DNA of 64,000 nt from Cercozoa sp. M6MM (taxonomy: Eukaryota > Protista > Endomyxa: Ascetosporea), in assembly GCA_040357565.1 (NCBI GenBank), contig JBDODJ010000018.1; one strand, 5' to 3'. Shown piece after piece: positions 13,903 through 27,917 of this stretch. The notes beneath the pieces were generated by a model. That model made no database searches, was not told where the DNA came from, and saw only the letters and a list, made by a program, of their open reading frames with translations. Within the stretch, counting starts at the first letter, position 1; each line of letters starts with the position of its first letter. Position numbers and translations under genes: made by a program.

Positions 13903-16093
13903 TCATCGGCGACGCTGCACAGGCGTATGTGGGATTTCGGAGATGCGTCTCGTGCGGAATAGGCTCGACCTCGGGCGCTGGGAAGTCTGTGCTCGCCCGG
14001 TGTCGTTGGATGTCACCTCGGATACACCCGACGGAGTCACAAAACCCATACCCGTCGGTGTTTTCAACTTGCTACTCAAAACGAAACGCACTTCTAGCAC
14101 ATATTGACAGACAAGCGTGCACTCAGCAAATGTACCGGGCGCGAACTCGAACGGCAGGGTCGTGATCAGCGCGCAACGAGAGGCGGTTCTTTTTGTTGGA
14201 CACCCACTCGTGCGACGCCTGCTGTGCGTGCAACTTCGGTGGCTTTTTGTGCTTCTTTGCAGTCGTCAACGTCACACGACGCACATTCGAGGCGCGCACC
14301 GGGGATGGAGTCGCTGGAATTTCCCCGGCCATGAAGGTCGCAGGCGGTGCCGAGGCGTTTCGCGGCTGCGGAGACGGGCGAGGAGTCAGCGGAGCACGGT
14401 CGTCCTTGCGAGCCGTCGTCACGAGCAGAGGCGACTGCGTCTGTCGTCGCAGCAGGGAAGAGCGTCTTTGAGCCAGTTGAGCCTGCTGCTGCGAGCGGTG
14501 GCCGTTCTCAGACTCCTCGTCGTCCGAGTTTTCTTCCTCCATCGGCTCCAGATCGAGAGAGGTCTCGAGCTGCCCGAGCGGCAAGTGGCGCGGCAGAGGC
14601 GCTGTGCCGCTGCGACCAATCGAGCGTAGTTTCTGCTCGCGCTCGTACTTTGTTGCAAACTGCAGCAGCATGTTTTCGAACTCAGCGTACGCTGGCCGCT
14701 CCGAGTACTTGATTTGGTACGCAAGATCAAGGAACTCACAGAAGACGCTTGGTAGGTGCTTGCACAGTACTGTCGGGCGGTACTTCTGCTTCAACTCGCG
14801 AATGAGACCATAGCAGCCGTCGTCTCCGGCTCGTGCACCTCGGCCTTGCCATGGCAAACGACCGAGAAGCATGTAAATGAGTCCGTAGCCAAGTGCAACG
14901 AGGTCGTCGCGTCGCGCTTGTCTCATTCCAGAGTGTGCCCAAAGCGAGGCATATCGCGGTGTACCGGACAGGCGTCGTCCTTCAAGCAATGGCACGTGGT
15001 CTCCACTTTGTGTGTCCTGCCAGTCGCGTGCCAGACCAAAGTCGACAATGCACATGCGCGGAATGCTTAAAAGCAGTTCTTCGTCCGACATCTCGGCCTT
15101 GCAGCCGCGCGGAAGCACGAAATTGTCGGGCTTGACATCGCGATGCACAACACAGCCAGCGTCGTGCACGACCTGCACAAGGCGCATGATTCGAGCACCG
15201 ATACGAGCAACCACATGCAGCGGCATGCCACGAGGAATGAGCTCTCCTTCGTCTTCATTGTACTTGCTCTGCAGAGTGGCCAGCTCCGAGTCGGGTAAAC
15301 GTTCCTCCTGCCGCTTGCGCTCGCGCCGACGGTACTCGCAGACGTTCTCGAGCGAGCATCCCATTTCTTCCAATGCGAGAAGACGCGCTGTCACACTCTT
15401 GGGTGTCGCACTGCTGCGACGATGGCTCGGCGCTCGGTAGTGTCTCATCACCTTCGCCGGAATCCTGTTGGCCGGAACGTGCTCTTCGTAGGCGAGAACG
15501 CGAGGAAGCGCACCGAGAGCAAGTTGCGGCTTGCGCCACATTCGCGAGTACAAGTGCCACTCCGTCCGTAGTTGAGAGTGCGCGGTTGGTCCGCTGTCTT
15601 CTGTCAGCTCGATCTTGAGTGCAGTCTTCCACAGACGCAGAGGACCCACCGGTTGCTCTCCTGACGAAGCAGTCACAGTCTTGGTGGTGCCGCCAGAGGA
15701 AATACCAGCAGAGCCGCTGTAACTGCCGCTCGGCTGAAGCTCGAAGCTGAGCCCACACCCTGCCGGAACGTCCATTGGAACGACGCGGAGTGTCGTGAGG
15801 CCCATGTAGTCGCGACGTTGCTTCACGCGATGAGCAGCCCACACTTGGCCAAAACTACCAGCACCAAGCCGAACTTGCACGATGAACCTGTTTTCGTCCG
15901 TTCCAATGGCAGATTCCCAGACTTCGTCCGAGGAAACCGAACGAGATTGATCCCGCGACGAGTCCTCTCCAAGAACGTCGCGCATCTCACCGTGCTCGCC
16001 TGGGTAGTCGCCAGAGAGTTGCCACTCGTCCTTGTCTCTCATTGGGTCTGCGTGACCATAGTAATCGATATGGTCTAAATTTAGATCCGACAT
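13903..16093 (-). CDS. Casein kinase 1 family Ser/Thr kinase, divergent, with large inserts
   Basis: LGAGSFGQV, ALKIE, HRDVKPDNF, DFGLAR, CK1-specific GTPRYASLWAH...RRDDL...LPWQG. A single predicted intron at 14072-14135 joins the last exon (KLKTPTG...VQRRR*). Confidence 0.9.
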
Positions 16094-16806
16094 CCTCGTC
16101 CGACACTCTAAAACGACAGTATTAAAAAAAGCGAAATGGACTCTGAAAGGCAACTGTAGGCACCTTGAAATCGAGTTTGCGATGGTGACGAATTTGACCG
16201 GGCCGAAGATGAAGCAAGTCGAAGTCTATCCTACTGAACTTTCCAAACTACCTCATTGTGAGTACAAACAGTATAGAAGAAAGGAAACCTTTGCTCGGAG
16301 CAGTCGGTAAGGCAACCACGGGTCAGGCACCCTGAACGACTGACCAGCTGCACCCGAAAATTTACGTCCTGAGGGGTGCTTCTATGCTTAAAGTGCGCAC
16401 TGCACGCAGTGTAGACGCGAATGACGGAGAAGCAAAACCAGAAACAAGAAGGACGAGAAACGCTCCTCAGAAACGGTATGTTTGACTGGGCAAAAACAAG
16501 TAAAATCGATAAGTTAGATCTGGAAGTTCATTGGTTGAATGACCCTCGGCTGACTTGCGAAGGTGATGACATATTCGATCGATCTTTCGTTTGCGCCGTT
16601 CATCTCGTATATTAGGGCGACACGACTTGCATCGCATTTAGCTGATGGGAACTCAACTGAAGTGAAAACGTGGGGCAAGTGAAACCCGTGGACGTGAAGG
16701 AAACGAAAAGCAAGGTGCATGAACGGAATTTCCAAGGCGAGGCAGCAACGCAACCGTCAATACAACGCAACCGTCAATATATTAATAACGTAAACGACTA
16801 GAAGAC

Positions 16807-19716
16807 TCAAGTTGCGCCAGTCTTCGCAGCGACAAAGCGATGTCTCGAACGATGCGCCAAGTGAGCCGTCGTGGCAAAGTTCACCTCACTGTCTTCCTGC
16901 CCGTGTCTTTGATCTGAGTGGGTCAAATTCAAGTGTTGGTGCTTTGAATGCTTTGCAGAGCGGTGTTTTTTCTTTCTCGACGACCGCTTCTTCCGCTTGG
17001 ATCGACGCTTCTTGACGCGGTGCTTAACTGAGGTGCTCTCTGCCGCCGGCGTAAAAGTCGATCCCAGTTTGCCGAGTTCTTTTGACTCGTCGCGGTGTTT
17101 CGTGACGTGGCGGCGAAGTTTGTTCTTCTCGGCCGTTTCCTTCTGCAATGCGCGACGCAGCTCTTGCAGCTGCACTTCGGCGCTATCGAGCTCTCGACGA
17201 GCAGACGTGTTGAGCTCCGACGCAATGTTCTCGAGCTCTTGTGTTCGCGATCGCCACGAGTTCTATAGGCACACAGAACGTCCAAGTTTAACGTCAACAC
17301 ACATTCACGCGAGAGAAAAGTGATTATGGCGAGTACCAGCTCGCTTTGGAGCTCGCCGTTGCGATGTTTGAGCTCACACGTGTTGCTCGTGAGTTGCTCA
17401 CACTGCTCGCGCAACGTCGTCACCTCGCGCTGCAAGGCCGATTGCGCTGTCTGAACATCCCGCAAGTGCTCCATCGCATTGGCCTAAATTATCAACACCG
17501 GGGTTAAATTCAAACGACACAGCTGCTGACAGAATCTCTGGAAAAGCTACCGCTTCTTTCTCACGAATCTGCGAGATCTTCATTGCATGCTCTGCTTCAG
17601 CGCGCGAAGCGAGGATTTGACGCTCAGCCTAAGAACCGGAGCTGGTGAGATTTTTCACTGCAAGATAGATCGGCTGTACAGCTCGTTTGATGGCATCACG
17701 CTCGTCGGAGAGTTCCTTGACTTTCTCTCGCAAGGTTTGCTCGAAGCGCTCTTGCTGTGCAGAAGCGTGCGCAGCCTCGGCTGTTTTCAGAGTTATCTGC
17801 TGCCGGAAATCTGCACAAATTGATATCGTATTTCTTTTAGTAGCAACATGCAAAGGAAGGAACAATCGTACCACTCTCAAGTGCTCGAAGCTCGAGTTCA
17901 ACTCGCCGTTGCAGTTCGTCTAGATCGGAGCGAAGCTGAGTGTTCTCAAGCTGCAATGGTTCCACTTGGTCCGTCAAATCGCGGATCTGTCGATCACGCT
18001 CCGAGAGCTTGCGAGCAGTATCTTGTTGCAGGTTCGCAAGTTGCTCTTGCGCAAGGGCCTCGTTGCGTTGCGCTTCCAGTTTCGCAGCGGCCACGCATTC
18101 CTGCACGGAGGCACAGACAAAGAAGTGCAAGCATTTCAGGATCTGGGCCGAAACTTACGTCGAGAGCACGACGTGCGCGCACGAGTTCCAACTCATGCGC
18201 CTTGGCAGCATCGATACGGTTACGCTCAGCACTCTCCTGCTGCGAAAGCAGGCGCTGCTGCCAGAGTTGCCGCTCGTCTCCGAGCTGTTGAGCCAGTTGG
18301 TCACGCTCGCGCGCCACAGCGTCCTCTGCTTCGTCCGACACACGCTTGGCTTGCGCCTGGAAGTGCGCCGTTGCTCTCTGCGCTTCCTCCAGCTGCTGAC
18401 GCAAGCTTGCTTTTTCTTCCGCGTCTACAGCCGCAAATACATCCCTCTCCGTAAAGCAGAAACAGACTCTTAGTTACCGCGTTGCTGAACCTCGTTGCGC
18501 TCCTTGGCGATCATAGCCATGCGTTCTTCTGCTCGATGCGTGGCTTCCTGTAGACACAATCAAGTTTTCAAAAGCAAGCGAACTGGACTGAACTACAAAT
18601 CACCGTGATCTGCACCAGTCGCTGCTCAAGCTGCTGCACTGAGAACTGCAGTTCGTCGCGCTGCTGGCGCGTTTTGGTGAGTTCGGCCGTTCGTTCGCGC
18701 AGCTGCACTCGTCCGCGCTCCAGCAGGCGCTCGGCTTCGTCTGCTCAGAAAACAACATTAGTCCCCCCCCCCCCCCCTATTTCATTAAGTCTAAACAGAC
18801 TGAACGCCGTGGAGTGCAACACACCTGCATCTGCGAGTGCGCTTCGATGTGCAGCATGCTGAGCGGACAACTGACGACGTGCTTCGTCCGTTTCACATCG
18901 AATCTGCAAGGACAAGCTTAAAGCTCAAATTTCGACAGTAATCGGAACTGTCCACTCGTGTTAGATTTACCTGTTGCACGCAGCTCTGAGTGGCCTCAAG
19001 TTCCTTGTGAAGTTCGTTGTTCTCCGTGGCCAACGAGCGCGTTTTCTCGGCGGCAAGACGCACCTGCTGCTGCATGTGCTCCAGTTCGTGCGTGTGCAGC
19101 TGACGCGAGCGTTGCAACTCGTCGGTGATGCGCGCCATCTCTGCGCGCTGCTCGGCCGCGCTGCGTTCGACTGAAGTGGCGCGTGCCTCTGCTTTGGCCA
19201 GTTGATCGCGCAGTGAGGCTACTTCGCTCGACAAGGACTCATTCAAGTTGGCCAAGCGCGTCAGCTCGCTCTCCGTTGTTGACTGCCAAAAAGAGAAGAC
19301 GGTGTATTGGTAGAGTTTTTTTCCCTATACTCTACGGGTGCGGAGTAATGTGAAACGCACCCAGACTTTGCGTCGCTCCGATTCAAGTGAATTCGATAGG
19401 TACTTGCCCTTGTCCGCGGTGCGACTGCGCACCTTGCGCTCGTAAGTGCGCGTGTTGCTCGCAGTTGGTGCACTCACGTCGGTCAGAAATGGCGGCCTTT
19501 CGATCACATCGTCGCTCTGTTTCTGTTTCTGGCCAGAGTTTTGTCGCAGCGTCTGCGTCTCCAGTTCCGTGTCTTTGCGTTTCGAGTGACGCAGTGCGAA
19601 GCGCAGGTGTCGACTAAATTCGCAGCGACTCAAAAACTCCAAGACAGAAGTTGGTAAATTTACTAACCGACGACATACCTGGCCGTCGAGAAGTCGTTGG
19701 CAAGCTCACCCGACAT
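16807..19716 (-). CDS. Long coiled-coil protein, multi-exon
   Basis: Consecutive E/Q/L/R-rich heptad exons (for example ORFs 18893-19255 and 17994-18404) and a basic KKRRSKRKKR tail. Family unassigned. Confidence 0.65.
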
Positions 19717-20129
19717 TGGCCGTTCACTTTTGCGGCCCAATCTGCTTGACTAGCCGTGATACTGACTGCTCGCTGAAAACCGTGCAGCAAGAGCTGCTCA
19801 CTTCGCTTTCTGCAGTTCGTTCTCACGAGTTGTATCGCGTCTCGATTCGCCGAACAACATTACTCCGAAATTCCTCGATTCCCCGAAGCAAGGCCCAAAA
19901 CTCCAGGCAGCTGTTTAGGTTCGTCAGCATGCAGTTAACTGAACTGTACTTGTACTGTACTGAATTTGACAAAACAAAAACAGTTTTTTTTTTGTATTTC
20001 ACGCAAAATTGTAGCCAGGCTCAGTCAGTTTGTTCAAAAGACAGCGATCGTTTCGTTTTGCAGGAGTCGGCGTGTGCTAGCTCTGCATTTTCTGGACTAG
20101 CGGTAGTCAGGTAGCTGCAAATTCGCGAG

Positions 20130-20870
20130 ATGTCGCACGAACAAGCATTGAAATCACTCGACCCCGAAGAGTACGAGACGCGTCCGCTGCAACGGTCGGA
20201 TTTCGATACCGGGTTCCTTGAGTTGCTTGCAAAGCTTACAATGGTACGGCTTTCTTCAAAAAAAGCAATCAGTGTCACCGAACAATGCGATGGATGTAGG
20301 TGGGTGAAGTCGATCGTGCTCTGTTTGAGCGAACATACAGCGAGATGTTTGACGTACACTTAAACCTTCTTTGTTTTGACATGCGTGGTGCAAGAATATG
20401 CTGAGTGAATTCAAACACAGGACGAGAACTCGCCGTACAATGTGGCAGTCGTGCGGCACAGGTCAAGCGGCAAAATTGTGGCGACGGCTGCGATGTTTGT
20501 CGAGCGAAAATTTATCCACGAGTGCGGCAAGGGTAACCATGTGCTGTGTGTGCGCTTTGCGGACAAACTACACCAATACTCATTTGCAGTCGGCCACATC
20601 GAGGACGTTGTGGTGCACGATGAGTTCCGAGGAAAGTCACTCGGTGTGCACATTGTTAACTACGCGTTGCAGGTATGTTTTCCTTCTGTTTTTGCGTGCA
20701 ATTCTTGCCAAAGAAAGGTATTTTGTGTGTGTGTGCAGATCGCAAAACAGCAGGGCTGCTACAAGGCCATTCTAGACTGCCGCGAAGGGCTCGAGCACTT
20801 CTACAACAAATCCCAGCTCGAAAAGAAGGGCATCCAGATGGCTGTCTACTTTGACGCCGCGGGTCTCTGA
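20130..20870 (+). CDS. GNA1: Glucosamine-6-phosphate N-acetyltransferase (GNAT family)
   Basis: Spliced RPLQRSDFDTGFLELLAKLT...VERKFIHECGK|VGHIEDVVVHDEFRGKSLG...GCYKAILDC; 4 GT-AG introns. Confidence 0.93.
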
Positions 20871-21087
20871 CCGTGAGGCACTTACAATGCAAAGAAACCG
20901 AACGTGAGTAGCTGTGTCTAGTAGCTTTTTGCACGCTTCTCTCAGTCTGTTTTCGAATTGTTCAGTGCTGACTCCACACGCTTCGAGTAATTACCGCAAA
21001 ACGGGAGAAATTAATACAAATTTGTAGTAATAGGGTGAGTAATTTTGGTGTCAAATCTGTTTCTCAAGGACGCCGACGCCCACTACA

Positions 21088-22074
21088 TCAGTGCTCGTGC
21101 CGGGTGTGGCCGTTGTTTCGCCGAGTACTGCGTCGCTTGGTGCCGTCGAGCGCGTCTGCCAGTCGTACGGTGAGTGCTGGGTCGGTGAGCAGGGGCGACG
21201 GCTGGTGTCGCAACGACTTGACCGACGGACTGGTTGTTGGTGCCACCTATCAAGCAGCTAGGTTATACTGACAAACACAGTACGATGAAGATGTACCATG
21301 TTGGCCAACACAGCCGCACAGTCGGTTTCGCATGCTTCGGGAATCTGCATGTCAGCGTCGTTGTCAGCGGCGAGTTGTCGCAGCGCCTGCAGACTCTGTT
21401 CAAGCGTGTCGAGTCGGAACGTGTTGTTTGACACGTACGACACTGATGGGAGTGACTGGTTCCCTCTGCGCAAACCTCAAAGTGTCATCACCGCTGTAAG
21501 CGAAGCTAAAGAATTAAAAAAGAGTTACTGTGGTTTGTCTTTGCGGTACTCGAGACAGAACTGGCAGCGCCAGCGCCAGGTGAGATTGTCGCTTTCGCAC
21601 ACTTCGCAGGTCCACCTGAGCACTGGTGGTGCCGCCTACCGGGACAGGACAGGGTCATCGCAGCTCCTAAGTGTAGAGAGAGATGAGAACTACCGACAAA
21701 GGAAAGGTGTGTTCCCACACGACTTTGAGCCAGTCGAAGCGAAACTGCCGTGGCACATCGATGCACATGCAATGCACGTCACCTACCGGGGGGCAGGGGT
21801 ATTTTTGTGCGACAAAACGTGTGTATGTGTGTGTGTGTGCGTGTGTGTGTGCATGTGGTACCGTTGTCCATCACTTTCGATGGCCGCAACAGCACGACAC
21901 CGTCCTTGCTCTATCGCACCCACACATATAGAGTGCAAGGTTACCTCCAGTAGAAACAATAGCTACCTGGAAGGCGACCAAGCCGCGTGTTGTGCCCTTG
22001 AACTTGGCGGCCGCTGCCTTGGCCAGGACGGTCACTGCTTGCGCAGACGGTCTCTGTGCAAAAACGTATCGCTG

Positions 22075-22124
<50 letters not shown>

Positions 22125-22134
22125 NNNNNNNNNN

Positions 22135-22185
<51 letters not shown>

Positions 22186-24325
22186 AACGGACTGAACAGA
22201 CAGGGTACCACAGGGACCTGACGGCGGCCGTGCCGCCGCTGGAACTCGGCCAGATTGACCTTGTTGGGGAAGTAGTACACAAACACTTGACTGAGCAGGA
22301 GACGCGCCGGGCCTCGGGTTCGCACGGTGCGTATTTGACCTTCCCTGCGAACCACCAGTGTCGTTGTTTTGCACCTAATCCCCACAAGCGGCAGTACATC
22401 GATCAAACACAGGTGATACACAGGGAAGGAAGTACGTTGAGGTGCATATCTCGTTGAACATGCGCAGCAACTCCTTGACACGCTGCATGGGCGTGCCGCC
22501 TGAGTCGTATGCAATATGAACAGACAGACACAGACACAGACACAGACACAGACACAGACACACACACGCACCAGGACAAAAATTACTCGCGAGTGAAGGC
22601 GCGTAGGAGCCAAAGCGCAGCACAAGATCGCCGGCGTGCACATTCGAGATGAGACTGTGTTCCACGACGCCGAATGGCTCCAAGGTGCTATTGCCATCGG
22701 ACGGGTAGGTCGGCTCCTTGTCCGAGCCACGGAGACCGGGCGTCTGGCAGTACTGCCGCGCGGCGTACCACAGACACGCCGCCAGGTCGAAGGGCAGCGC
22801 CTGCTCCGAGTCCTCTTGCTGCGGCCAGTGCACACGAATGGACGCCGTGTCGACACTCGCATCACTCGGCGTCTCCGTGTCCTCGTACTCAAAGTCATCG
22901 CTCATGCGCAGTTCCTCGTCGTCCTCATCCTCGTTCCCCTCTTCTGCCGGTTCGGGCTCATCCGCCTCCGGTTCGTCGTCCTCATGCTCCTCGTCCTGGC
23001 CGGACCGTGCCTGAGCCAATGGCGACGGCGACTCGTCGTCCTCATACCTGCGTCGCATGTCAACGTCGTCATCGTCGTCGCTGTCCTCGTCAGCGTGCCG
23101 TGTGGTATCGTCCTCCTGACTGGTACCGACCCAGCTGTCCTCCTTGTCCACCAGTATCTTCTGTGTGTATGTGTGTGCCCCATAGTCAACTGTCCAGGGG
23201 GAGGTAAACACACTCACCGAGAAGTCGTCGTCGTTCTCGTCCTCGGCTATCGCGAGTTTCGGTGCCGTCGTCACTTCTTTCTGTTTGCGCTCGGCCTCGA
23301 GTTCCAGCTGTGTCAAAATAGTAGGGGTAGAGCAGGGGTGCAGGAAGGCCCTGAACGGGCAGGAAGGGTATACCAATGTCTTGGAAAAGTCCGGCGACGG
23401 ATCCGACCCGTCGGCGTGTCGCAGGTACCAGCGTGAGCGCCGGTTCCGTTTGTACCAATCGTGTGGTCGGTCTATATCCAAGTCGTGCATATGGAACGGA
23501 CAGTAAATATAGACAGCACATAGGGACAAGGACAGTAGCCATCCCGGATGGTAAAGTACCCTCGAAGGAGCCGTGCTGCTTGAGGTGCTGGTAGCAGCTG
23601 AGACACAGGGTGCCGTGGTCCTTTGTGAAACGCCACGACGGCACGTATGCGTCCGTCAGACGACAGTGGTTCTACAAAACACCAAAGAAAGGGTAAAAGT
23701 AAAGGGAAAAAGGCAAGGTAGTGAAAAGGGTTTACGCAGTTGCGCAGGTGTCGCGGAATCTTGCGCATCTCCTTGCGACGTTTCTGCGCTGCCTCGGTCT
23801 GTGCACATACACGTGTGTGTGCACATCATAGACACACATTCTGCACACTAATTACATCATTGGGCAGGTCAATGTTGCGCCGGCGTTTCTTCTGCTTGCG
23901 CTCACTGCAGGGGCATTGAAGGTAGAGAAGGCAGCAGGCAGAGGTGTCAAGGGGGTAGTACAGATAGGGAGCCGAGGCGCCAGTGCGGTTGGCCTGACGG
24001 CGCAAGTAGCCGTCGCGGTGTCGCTCGAGACCGTGCTGCACAATGACAGGGTCGTCCACACGGCAGAGACGCGCCCACTTGCCACGCAGCATGTTAGCTT
24101 TGCGCACTGACCTGTGGCCACACCACAGTACGTACAGGGTTTATCATCTCCCAGGTGAGAGAGAGGTACCGCTTCGGGAAGAACTCCTCCGCGATCAGGT
24201 CCCACGATGATGCGATGGCACCGTGCTTGGCCACTCCTATGAACGCCCCACAGGATCAAAGGTGCCAATGAGATACAGGTGTATGTGTGTATGTGTGTGT
24301 ATGTATGTATATGTATCTGTATATG

Positions 24326-24396
<71 letters not shown>

Positions 24397-24433
24397 GTAT
24401 GCATGCATGCATGTATGTATGTATGTGCGTGCA

Positions 24434-24483
<50 letters not shown>

Positions 24484-24493
24484 NNNNNNNNNN

Positions 24494-24542
<49 letters not shown>

Positions 24543-27052
24543 TCTACCCTTGGCAAGAGCGTTAACCTCGTCGAGTGTCCAGCGCACTGGCACCGATGTT
24601 CCATCGTTGCCGACCGGCAGCAGTGGGAAACCCTCGCCGACACCGGGGTTGGACCGCGACTGTACACAGTGTGCTAGTGCATTCAAACCACCAGACAGTC
24701 CACATGGACAGTACACGTGGGCAGCACATATGGACAGCAGACAGGGACCAGACTGTACCTTGCTGTGCTGGTCCGGCTCGTAGCCGCGGTCGCTGTCGTT
24801 GTCGTCATCGCGTTCGCTGTCGTTGAGCAGGGCACCGTCGTGGCCGTGCTCGCGGTAGTCCACCAGCGGCACGTTGCGGCCCTGCTTGCCCAGCTCACCG
24901 ACCCGCACGAGCTCTTGGTTTCTGGGACAGCAAAACGGGGGGGGGGGGGGGGGAAAGAGTAACCCATGTACAACAGGGACAGGACATACCTCAGACTGTG
25001 CGCGCGCACGACGCGGTTGATGTCATAGTTGTCATCGACGGTGATGATGACACGCTCGATTTCGCTGTCGTCGCTGCTAAGGTTAACTTCGCTGTCGGCC
25101 TGCACAGGGTACGCGCGCTGCACGTTCGCTGGGACCTGAGCACATACATACATATACATCCATACATACATATAAACAAATAATGTATAAATATAAAGGT
25201 ACCTCAAAGCTCGCAGCGTCCAAAAGAGGAGGCTTGTCCAGCGGACGCAGCTGCAGACCCTGCTTACAGGTAAGGGGGAAATGATAGGAAGGGTGGGTAC
25301 TAGGGGCTAGGTTAGCTACCATCATTTGCTCGCCTCGGTCGAGCCAGAGCTCGTGTACTCGCTGGTCGCTGTACTTGCGCACGCGCAGCTGGACCGGCTG
25401 GCCAAAGGCGGTGACCTCGGCAACTTCCTTCATGATGCGCACGGCGGTGGTGTGCACAATGGCATGTCGGTTGATGGCGCCAAACTGCAGGATCTTGTCC
25501 TTGGCCATCAGGCCTACTTACACAAACAGGCGGCGTGAGGGAGACGGGGGGGGGGGGGATAAGGAATACCACTGCGCTCGGCCAGAGTGCCAGGTGTGAC
25601 ACGCGAGATCTCCACAAAGGCACGGTCCTTCTCATTCGTCTGCACACATGTCACACGTGTGAGTCACTGAGGGTGTCAGTCGCACTGAGAAAAGGTACCA
25701 ACTCGGGCGTTAGTGGCGCCACGAGCATGCCGAAGCAGCGCGCGCGACCGCAGGTGCGCAGTGTGCTAGTGTAAACCACGCCATCTGACGGTCGCAGGAA
25801 ACTTACGCGCATCACCGGCGGCATACGACCTTGCTCGCAGCCTACACATACTATATACACACATACACACCGAAACATGTGTGCGCCGGTACCAGAGAAC
25901 AGGTTGAGCCACGTGTTCCACTGCTGATCGCCTGACTCGAACGGCAGGTGCCAGTCGTTGATGCTGCCGCCACTGTCGTCAGAGTCGCGGTCAGCGACAC
26001 TGCTTTCGGTGCTGTTGACCGACTGCTCGTCGTCGTGCCGCACAACAGGGCAAACAATGTCGCCGACCAGGATGTCGTCCAGTCGCATACCGTGCTGGTG
26101 CGACGGTCCCTGTGACCAGAACACAGACATTTACACTAACTCGTACAGATACACCAGACGGACAGCATAGTCGAAAGCATACCACAAAAATCACACGGCC
26201 CCAAGCATTAGTCGGGTAGACGTCCTCCGCCAACGAAGAGCACGCACTGCGGCAGATGCCACTTTGTGCCTGCACTCACAGGGAGTAAGAATATGAGCAT
26301 AGGAAAGAAATACAGAAAGGGTACAGGTGCATTAGGCACAGGCATCGGAAAGGTGCCCACAAAGTCGGTGCGCTGCTTGTACACGTCATTGGCAGCGACT
26401 GCTTGGTCGGCCGGCACGTCGGCGAACATGGCATCCTGCGAGGCCACGCCGTCCAGCGACGGTCCTGCAGGTACACAGGTACACAGATACACAGGTACGC
26501 ACACATATACACACGCACCTCACTTCAAATAAGGCGCAGCGTACCAGTCTTGTGCTTGATACACGGTCTCTCGCGTGTCGGAATTCGCACACCCCTGTCC
26601 ATGCACTCAGATACGCATCAGTTGCAAGAGACTAGGGCGACTGAGTACCTCTCGCGCAACTCCACACGAGTCAGCAGCGGCAACTCACGCCGTTCCGGCA
26701 CCTCTTCCTCTTCCTGTACCACACAAGGTGTGTATATATGTGTACGCAAAAAAAAAAAAAACAATCGTGACGGTACCAAATCGGCCATCTCCTTGGCACG
26801 ACGGCGCCGCAGTGCTGCGCAATGCTTCGAGTGCCGCTCGTACTGAGAGTACGGCGCGAACATTTGCTCGCATCCGATGCACTTTCGCGGCATGCTGCAC
26901 AGACGCACACATATAGCATACAAGAAATCTTCGTCGACCCAGCGATCAGGCGATCAAGCGGAGAGAACTCACTTCAGCAAGCGCTCGTTGCTGCGGATGG
27001 CAAAGAAACGCGTCTCGAGCTGCTCGCGCATGCCCGCGTCCATTTCGTCCAT
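21088..27052 (-). CDS. Large multidomain protein: C2HC zinc finger, about 3 PSMD9/Nas2-type PDZ-like domains, acidic tract, RanBP2-type zinc finger
   Basis: [21 protein letters not shown] (about 26820-26885); [17 protein letters not shown]|[15 protein letters not shown]...[10 protein letters not shown] (25330-25640); related segments at 25700-26215 and 22300-22680; [20 protein letters not shown] (about 21555-21614). The 5' end is uncertain. Confidence 0.6.
22078..22181. repeat. (GT)n microsatellite with assembly gap, intronic
   Basis: Direct reading; 10 Ns inside. Confidence 0.95.
24279..24540. repeat. Compound (TATATG)n/(TATG)n/(TG)n microsatellite with gap, intronic
   Basis: Direct reading. 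Confidence 0.95.
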
Positions 27053-27917
27053 CTGATCGTTGTGACTTTCGGGGCAGAAATGACAAACAACACCTCACGG
27101 ATGCAGGTCAGGAACGCTTGATCGTTCAAAACAAAAACACACGCGCGCGATAGAGCTGCGGCGTCGCGGCCGAGTTCACACACAACTCTTCACTCCGACC
27201 CTCTTACGCTCGCGAACGGCACACGGCGCACGGAAACTAGCACGGGAGCCACAAACTCTCAGCACAAGCCACGCCAGGCTGACTGATTGGCCGGCAAGAC
27301 TTGGGCCACCAAAACACCTCCGCTCAAACAGCACACGCCAGTTCGTCCTTCGGGCCACTCGAACGCAACTCGAGCACACCGAGACGGGGACCGGCTTGCT
27401 CACTTGCTCGAAGCACTTCGTGTGCGACTTCTTCGTGACGCCAAACCGATAATAATTGACTCCGTGTGTTTCTTTTAAGAAGAACACTTGATCACTCTTT
27501 GCGTTTTTCTCGCGTCACACAGGCGCTGTATCTGTTTGTGGGGTTGCCACTTGCGGTAGGAACACCGATCTATGGATCAGGCGTGCCAGGGCATGACCGG
27601 ATGATTGGGGCAAGACTTGGGCCACAAACACCACCTCTGCGAGGCCACCACCGTTTGCAATTGATTCCAGTTCCTCGCCTGTTCCATGCATAAACATCAC
27701 GACGTTGATTGAAAATCAAAACATTACACATTTTCGACGCTTTAATTCTAAAGCGACATAGCACGAACCGAATGTCAAAAAAATAAAAATCGTCAACAAC
27801 ATGAACTTTATGCTTTCGAGCGAATTTATGGACCGTGACGTGGCTTCTCGGTTAGAGCCGAAACCGCGGACAGCAGACAAACCAGCCGACTCCAATACAT
27901 CGCGATCGGGTCGGTGG

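Noticed and set aside
21298-24908. Long ORFs with VCVC/THTH/YIYI runs
   Set aside because: These are translations of microsatellites and N-gaps, not proteins.
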